Shown here in pieces: positions 27,113 through 32,000 of a stretch of 32,000 bases of DNA. Below the pieces are notes generated by a model. It had not been told where the DNA came from and searched no databases. It saw only the letters and a program-made list of their open reading frames with translations. Source of the DNA: Acaryochloris thomasi RCC1774 (GTDB lineage: Bacteria; Cyanobacteriota; Cyanobacteriia; Thermosynechococcales; Thermosynechococcaceae); assembly GCF_003231495.1 (NCBI RefSeq), contig NZ_PQWO01000006.1:120001-152000 (forward strand). Direction: 5' to 3'. Every line of letters starts with the position of its first letter. The stretch's first letter is position 1. Both the position numbers and the translations under genes were made by a program.

Positions 27113-27694
27113 ATGAAGTTAGACTCTGTACATCATTTATTTATGCTTGTCATGGGCAGTACGGCTCTGGCTCTAGGAAATGTCAACCCTGCCGCTGCGG
27201 TCAGCATTACCTTTGAAGGCAGTCTTACCAATGGGGAAACGGTAACCGGCGAAGTTTCTTCTGAAAATAGCATCGAGATTCCTGCTAACTGGGATTTTTG
27301 GACCTTTGAGGGGACTGCAGGCAGTAGTGAGCGATTCACGGCTCGTCGGACGTCAACAGCGTTAGATCCTGCGTTTGGTATTTGGTTTGGTACAGAGGTG
27401 GATACAGATAGCTACAGCAGCTTATTTGGCGATAGCCTTAATACTTCCTTAGTGGTTTCAGCTGATGATGAGATCAATACTCCAGGCCCCTTTGGTGACC
27501 CGACAGTCCGATTTACGCTACCGGATACAGGTACTTACACTGTTGCAGTGGCTTCGTTCATATCAGATTCTAGTGATGAGCCGTTGGGATATACCCTGAG
27601 GGTGCCGTTTTCTGATTCTGCAACGATTCTTGGCTCTGGTTTGGTGCTCGGCTTGGGCATGCTTTTGAAGCGTAGATTCTCAAATTTTACTTAG
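27113..27694 (+). CDS. PEP-CTERM-type secreted protein with a pre-peptidase C-terminal (PPC)-like beta domain
   Basis: There is a signal peptide (LVMGSTALALGNVNPAAA). DFWTFEGTAGS...TGTYTVAVAS...GYTLRV resembles a PPC domain. The C-terminus VPFSDSATILGSGLVLGLGMLLKRRF is a variant PEP-CTERM anchor. I prefer the ATG at 27113. Confidence 0.55.
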   Translation: MKLDSVHHLFMLVMGSTALALGNVNPAAAVSITFEGSLTNGETVTGEVSSENSIEIPANWDFWTFEGTAGSSERFTARRTSTALDPAFGIWFGTEVDTDSYSSLFGDSLNTSLVVSADDEINTPGPFGDPTVRFTLPDTGTYTVAVASFISDSSDEPLGYTLRVPFSDSATILGSGLVLGLGMLLKRRFSNFT

Positions 27695-27768
27695 GGCTGG
27701 GGCTATCGAGAGGTGAATGTTAGCGAATCGCTATTACGCCTCTTTGCCCCCTGGCTGGAAGTCATGTT

Positions 27769-28497
27769 TTGTTCTTTCTGTACCCCCTTCTTGTGACAAG
27801 AGAGCACTCACTGCTGCGTTTGCTTCAGCTCGCTAGTCCTGCTTTACCCGTGGGAGCTTATAGCTACTCTGAAGGACTGGAGGGGGTTATTCACGATCAG
27901 GTGGTCAGTTGCAAAGCAGACCTAGCCAGCTGGCTGGTACAGGAGTTGACCTATGGCTCAATCCATCTAGAGGCGGCGATATTGGTACGCAGCTACTGCG
28001 CCACAGCAAACCAGCAATGGGACCAGTTGCAGTATTGGAATGCTTGGCTGACGGCGGCTCGGGAAACAGAGGAGTTGCGATCGCAAAGTCTCCAGATGGG
28101 CCAATCGCTGCTGCGGCTTTTCCGGGATATTGAACTGGGTTGCGAAGAATCGCTGCGACCCTTTGATGTTGATTTACTCCAGCAACTCAAACAGGAAGGC
28201 TGTAACTTTGCTGTTATATTCGGCTTGGCTGCGGCTCATTGGCAGATTGAATCAGTAGATGCTTTGTTGGGCTACTTACAAAGCTGGGCCACTAACCTTA
28301 TTAACGCTGGTATTAAGCTGATTCCGATTGGGCAAACTGCCGGACAGTTGATGCTGTTTCAGCTTCAGCCTACTCTAGAACAGGCGGCCCAAAATATTCT
28401 CAATTTAGAGGATGATGATCTCAAGAGCTGTGGGTGGGGATTGGCGCTTGCGAGCATGGCTCATGAAACCCAGTACAGTCGTTTGTTTCGGAGTTAG
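27769..28497 (+). CDS. ureF: Urease accessory protein UreF
   Basis: [23 protein letters not shown] is the UreF signature N-terminal block. The gene ends 3 nt before ureG. The start is uncertain (TTG at 27769 or GTG at 27793). Confidence 0.85.
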   Translation: MFFLYPLLVTREHSLLRLLQLASPALPVGAYSYSEGLEGVIHDQVVSCKADLASWLVQELTYGSIHLEAAILVRSYCATANQQWDQLQYWNAWLTAARETEELRSQSLQMGQSLLRLFRDIELGCEESLRPFDVDLLQQLKQEGCNFAVIFGLAAAHWQIESVDALLGYLQSWATNLINAGIKLIPIGQTAGQLMLFQLQPTLEQAAQNILNLEDDDLKSCGWGLALASMAHETQYSRLFRS

Positions 28498-28500
28498 GCA

Positions 28501-29103
28501 ATGAGTACGCTTCGGGTCGGGATTGCAGGTCCAGTCGGTTCAGGTAAAACGGCTCTGGTTGATGCCCTGTGTAAAGCCATGCGATCGATGTATAACTTGG
28601 CTGTGGTCACCAACGATATTTATACACAGGAAGATGCTCAGTTTTTGGTGCGGAGTCAGGCACTGGAGTGCGATCGCATCTTGGGTGTAGAGACTGGCGG
28701 CTGTCCCCACACCGCCATCCGGGAAGATGCCTCCATCAACATCAACGCCATTGAAGAACTAGAGCAGCGCTTTGACGATCTTGATATTGTCTTTGTTGAA
28801 AGCGGTGGTGACAACCTCGCCGCCACCTTCAGCCCCGAACTTGTAGATGTGACCATATACGTCATTGATGTGGCCGGGGGCGACAAAATACCGCGCAAAG
28901 GTGGCCCTGGAATTACCAAATCAGATCTGCTGGTCATCAACAAAATTGACCTAGCACCCTACGTCGGTGCAGATCTAGAGATTATGGACCACGACACCCG
29001 CAAAATGCGAGGTCAAAAGCCCTTTGTGTTTACAAACTTGAAAACGCAGACAGATCTAGCTGCCATTGTCGATTTTATTTGCCACCACCTTCCATCTGCT
29101 TAA
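28501..29103 (+). CDS. ureG: Urease accessory GTPase UreG
   Basis: [16 protein letters not shown] is the P-loop, [13 protein letters not shown] is the CPH metal site, ESGGDNL is present, and INKIDLAP is the NKxD motif. Confidence 0.95.
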   Translation: MSTLRVGIAGPVGSGKTALVDALCKAMRSMYNLAVVTNDIYTQEDAQFLVRSQALECDRILGVETGGCPHTAIREDASININAIEELEQRFDDLDIVFVESGGDNLAATFSPELVDVTIYVIDVAGGDKIPRKGGPGITKSDLLVINKIDLAPYVGADLEIMDHDTRKMRGQKPFVFTNLKTQTDLAAIVDFICHHLPSA

Positions 29104-29260
29104 CGCTGTACAGATAGAGTCGTAAATATCAGGGCATTCGAGGATATTAGACCCCCTACGCTTCAATACTCTTGGTAAATATTTCCTAAGGGGTGATTCG
29201 CATTACCCCAACTCGATGCATCCTTAGTTAAGTTAAGGATAGGTTAAAGAGCGTCAGATC

Positions 29261-29479
29261 ATGATTTTAGATGATTTTTTATATCCCCATCATCAAAACG
29301 AAAGTCAAGCAGACCCCATTGCCAGGGCCTTTGACGAGAAGTTAGAGGACTTTGCCCAACAGGTTAGCTACACCTGCAATTTAGAAGTGGGTGGTAAGCT
29401 GTCACCGAAAGATGCCTATGAACGCTTAGGGAATTTGTGGCAGCAGCTGCAGGCCCAGAAAGAAGAGTTAGGGATTTAA
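29261..29479 (+). CDS. Small hypothetical protein (72 aa)
   Basis: A clean ORF with an ATG start and composition typical of a helical soluble protein. It is convergent with uvrB. I recognise no motif. Confidence 0.4.
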   Translation: MILDDFLYPHHQNESQADPIARAFDEKLEDFAQQVSYTCNLEVGGKLSPKDAYERLGNLWQQLQAQKEELGI

Positions 29480-29499
29480 TAGCCCACTCTCGACAGCAG

Positions 29500-31527
29500 C
29501 TAGTCGTTTTGTTGAGTGGACGAGCGACCCACCAGTTTTTCGCGGAGTTGTTTGATGCGATCTCGATATTTTGCCGCTTCTTCAAACTCAAGATTCTTGG
29601 CAGCCTCTTTCATCTGTGCTTCGAGCTGCACGATCAAATCAGGGACATTCTCGAGGGGTAAATCATCAACCTGCTCATAGACCTCCTCTAGTTCCTGAGC
29701 ATTCAGCCGCCTCGAAACTTCCAGAAATGCCAGAATTGAGTTGCTATAGCGCTTCACTACCGATTTAGGGGTGATACCGTGCTTTTCGTTGTGGGCAATC
29801 TGAATGGTTCGCCGCCGTTCGGTTTCTTCGATTGCCTGCGCCATGCTGTTGGTGAGATTATCGGCGTATAAAATTGCCTGTCCCCGTACATGACGGGCGG
29901 CGCGTCCCATCGTTTGGATTAGCGATCTTGTTGCCCGCAAAAAGCCTTCCTTATCGGCATCCATAATGGCGACAAGAGAAACCTCCGGTAGGTCTAGTCC
30001 CTCCCGCAGCAGATTGACGCCGACCAATACATCGAAAACGCCCTTCTGTAAGTCCTGTAGAATCTCAATCCGTTGAATTGCATTGATTTCAGAGTGGAGG
30101 TAGCGCACGCGAATGCCGCGCTCCTCCAAGTACTCCGTCAAATCTTCAGACATCCGCTTTGTCAGAGTTGTAATTAACGTGCGCTCCTTGCGCTCGACTC
30201 GCTCCTTTACCTCCCCAAGCAAATCATCAATTTGCCCTTCGGTGGGGCGGACAAAAATCTCAGGATCAATGACCCCCGTGGGCCGAATCACCTGCTCCAC
30301 AACCCGGCTTTCAGATAGCTCCATTTCCCAATCGCCAGGGGTTGCTGAGACAAACACACATTGCCCCACCTTGCCCCAAAACTCCTCTGCCTTGAGCGGG
30401 CGATTATCGGCAGCGCTGGGCAGTCGAAATCCGTGATTGATCAAGACCTTTTTGCGCGACTGGTCTCCGTTGTACATCGCCCGAGACTGAGGAACCGTGA
30501 CGTGGGATTCATCTACTACCAACAACCAATCCTTCGGAAAATAGTCCACTAAACATTCAGGTGGATCCCCAGCCTGTCGCCCAGCAAGATGCCGAGAGTA
30601 GTTCTCTACACCGTTGCAAAAGCCAACCTCTCGCAGCATTTCCAAATCATATCGAGTGCGCTGCTCTAGCCGTTGTGCCTCCAGTAGCTTGCCCTCAGAC
30701 TGCAAAACTTCAAGCTGTTGCTCCAGCTCTGTCGCAATATCAGCCACCGCTATCTCTAAGCGCTCCTGCGGTGTCACGAAGTGACGGGCAGGATAGATGC
30801 GTAAACTCTCTAGGCTTTGAATCGTGGACCCCGTGACCGGATCAATATAGCGAATTGCGTCAATCTGATCCCCAAAAAACTCCAGCCGAATGATCCGATC
30901 TTCGTAGGCTGGGCCAATCTCTAGAACGTCTCCCTTGACCCGAAATCTTCCTCGCCCAAGCTCAATATCGTTGCGGGTATACTGGATTTTCACTAAATCT
31001 CTGAGAAGCTGACGCTGCTCAACCTCGTCACCGACCTGCAGCGGCACAGATGCCTTGAGGTACTCCGACGGAATCCCAAGGCCATAAATGCAGCTAATAG
31101 AGGCCACCACAATTACATCTCGGCGCTCAAACAGCGATCGCGTCGCTGAGTGGCGCAGCATATCAATCTCTTCGTTGATAGCCGCTGTTTTTTCAATATA
31201 GGTATCCGTCACCGGAATATAGGCTTCCGGCTGATAATAATCGTAATAGCTAATAAAATATTCCACCGCATTCTGCGGGAAAAATGACCGCAGCTCGTTG
31301 CAGAGTTGAGCCGCGAGGGTTTTATTGTGGGCCAAGACTAGAGTGGGCTTGCCCACATTCTCAATCACCTTGGACATCGTGAAGGTTTTGCCGGTACCGG
31401 TGGCTCCCAGCAATGTCTGGTAACGATGGCCTGCGTTGAGATTCTTCGTGATCTGTGCGATCGCCTTGGGCTGATCTCCAGTGGGCTCAAAAGGAGAGCG
31501 TGTTTGAAACGATGTCATGGGCATCAA
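29500..31527 (-). CDS. uvrB: Excinuclease ABC subunit B
   Basis: [11 protein letters not shown] and [10 protein letters not shown] (Walker A) are present, with DESH, helicase motifs and the C-terminal UVR domain ([16 protein letters not shown]). The protein is 675 aa. Confidence 0.95.
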   Translation of the reverse strand: MMPMTSFQTRSPFEPTGDQPKAIAQITKNLNAGHRYQTLLGATGTGKTFTMSKVIENVGKPTLVLAHNKTLAAQLCNELRSFFPQNAVEYFISYYDYYQPEAYIPVTDTYIEKTAAINEEIDMLRHSATRSLFERRDVIVVASISCIYGLGIPSEYLKASVPLQVGDEVEQRQLLRDLVKIQYTRNDIELGRGRFRVKGDVLEIGPAYEDRIIRLEFFGDQIDAIRYIDPVTGSTIQSLESLRIYPARHFVTPQERLEIAVADIATELEQQLEVLQSEGKLLEAQRLEQRTRYDLEMLREVGFCNGVENYSRHLAGRQAGDPPECLVDYFPKDWLLVVDESHVTVPQSRAMYNGDQSRKKVLINHGFRLPSAADNRPLKAEEFWGKVGQCVFVSATPGDWEMELSESRVVEQVIRPTGVIDPEIFVRPTEGQIDDLLGEVKERVERKERTLITTLTKRMSEDLTEYLEERGIRVRYLHSEINAIQRIEILQDLQKGVFDVLVGVNLLREGLDLPEVSLVAIMDADKEGFLRATRSLIQTMGRAARHVRGQAILYADNLTNSMAQAIEETERRRTIQIAHNEKHGITPKSVVKRYSNSILAFLEVSRRLNAQELEEVYEQVDDLPLENVPDLIVQLEAQMKEAAKNLEFEEAAKYRDRIKQLREKLVGRSSTQQND

Positions 31528-31646
31528 TATCAGTCAGCAAAGACCGGAGTTAAAGGTATAGTCCACCTATATTTTGACGTGAAACTTGTCTCTTTGCTGT
31601 AGAAACGCCCTCAATATCAGCCATGACCCCTTACTTAGGGTGAACC

Positions 31647-31687
31647 TTCGCTAGCCTAGGCCAATCAGAATAACCTAGGCTAGCGAA
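31647..31687. repeat. Perfect 14-bp inverted repeat between the small membrane-protein gene and uvrB
   Basis: The arms are ttcgctagcctagg (31647-31660) and cctaggctagcgaa (31674-31687), with a 13-nt loop. It sits 37 nt downstream of the minus-strand stop at 31724. There is no U-tract on either strand. Confidence 0.5.
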
Positions 31688-31723
31688 TCACAGACTGAAG
31701 CAGTTTTCAGAAAGTGATCGTGT

Positions 31724-31915
31724 TTACTTAAACCACTTAGATGTATCAGGAATAAAGCTAGGACGCTCTCTTCCTTCCCAGCCAGCAGGACGCTCGGAGT
31801 TATACCAAGCAATTGAGCCGATGGTGACCGCCGCGACAAAGCCGAGCACACCGACTCCAATTAGCACCGTCATTGCTGGGAAAGATGTTTCTGCAACAGC
31901 TAATAATAGAGGCAT
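31724..31915 (-). CDS. Small single-pass membrane protein (63 aa)
   Basis: The ATG at 31915 has an AAGGAG Shine-Dalgarno sequence 9 nt upstream. There is one transmembrane helix (VLIGVGVLGFVAAVTIGSIAW). The longer track start at 31978 lacks these features. Confidence 0.5.
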   Translation of the reverse strand: MPLLLAVAETSFPAMTVLIGVGVLGFVAAVTIGSIAWYNSERPAGWEGRERPSFIPDTSKWFK

Positions 31916-32000
31916 TGATTTGAACTCCTTAGTTATTCTATGGGTTAGGGAAACTTGTGTGACTCTGCAACAACTCATCGTAATCCGGCCGGTAGTGAAG

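Overview
This window reads as a cyanobacterial chromosomal segment. It carries 20 copies of the HIP1 octamer GCGATCGC, the NDH-1 subunit gene ndhN, the clock genes rpaA and ldpA, and clpC, pgk, folD, crtE, uvrB and ureFG. Almost all of it is densely packed housekeeping genes on both strands, plus one tRNA-Gln(UUG). I found no rRNA, CRISPR array, transposase, integrase or prophage genes.

Two places stand out:
1. A cobalamin riboswitch at about 17705-17880 precedes a hupE/ureJ-family transporter gene and cobW. This points to a B12-repressed cobalt-supply operon rather than a nickel or urease function.
2. A low-GC, HIP1-free insert of about 2.4 kb (22728-25168) lies between core genes. It holds a lone radical SAM enzyme with a SPASM/twitch-type C-terminal Cys domain, followed by 1.15 kb of stop-rich DNA with no gene I can recognise. 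This is the only accessory-looking part of the window and the best candidate for something undescribed, but I cannot show from sequence alone that it is a functional system.

Smaller observations:
- Three clock-associated loci sit loosely together: a LabA-like NYN gene, ldpA and rpaA.
- ndhN, ldpA and an AAA/R3H ATPase gene are tightly spaced and look like one operon.
- Two PEP-CTERM proteins are present.
- Two long perfect inverted repeats lack U-tracts.

All protein family calls come from motif recognition in the supplied translations. No database search was run.
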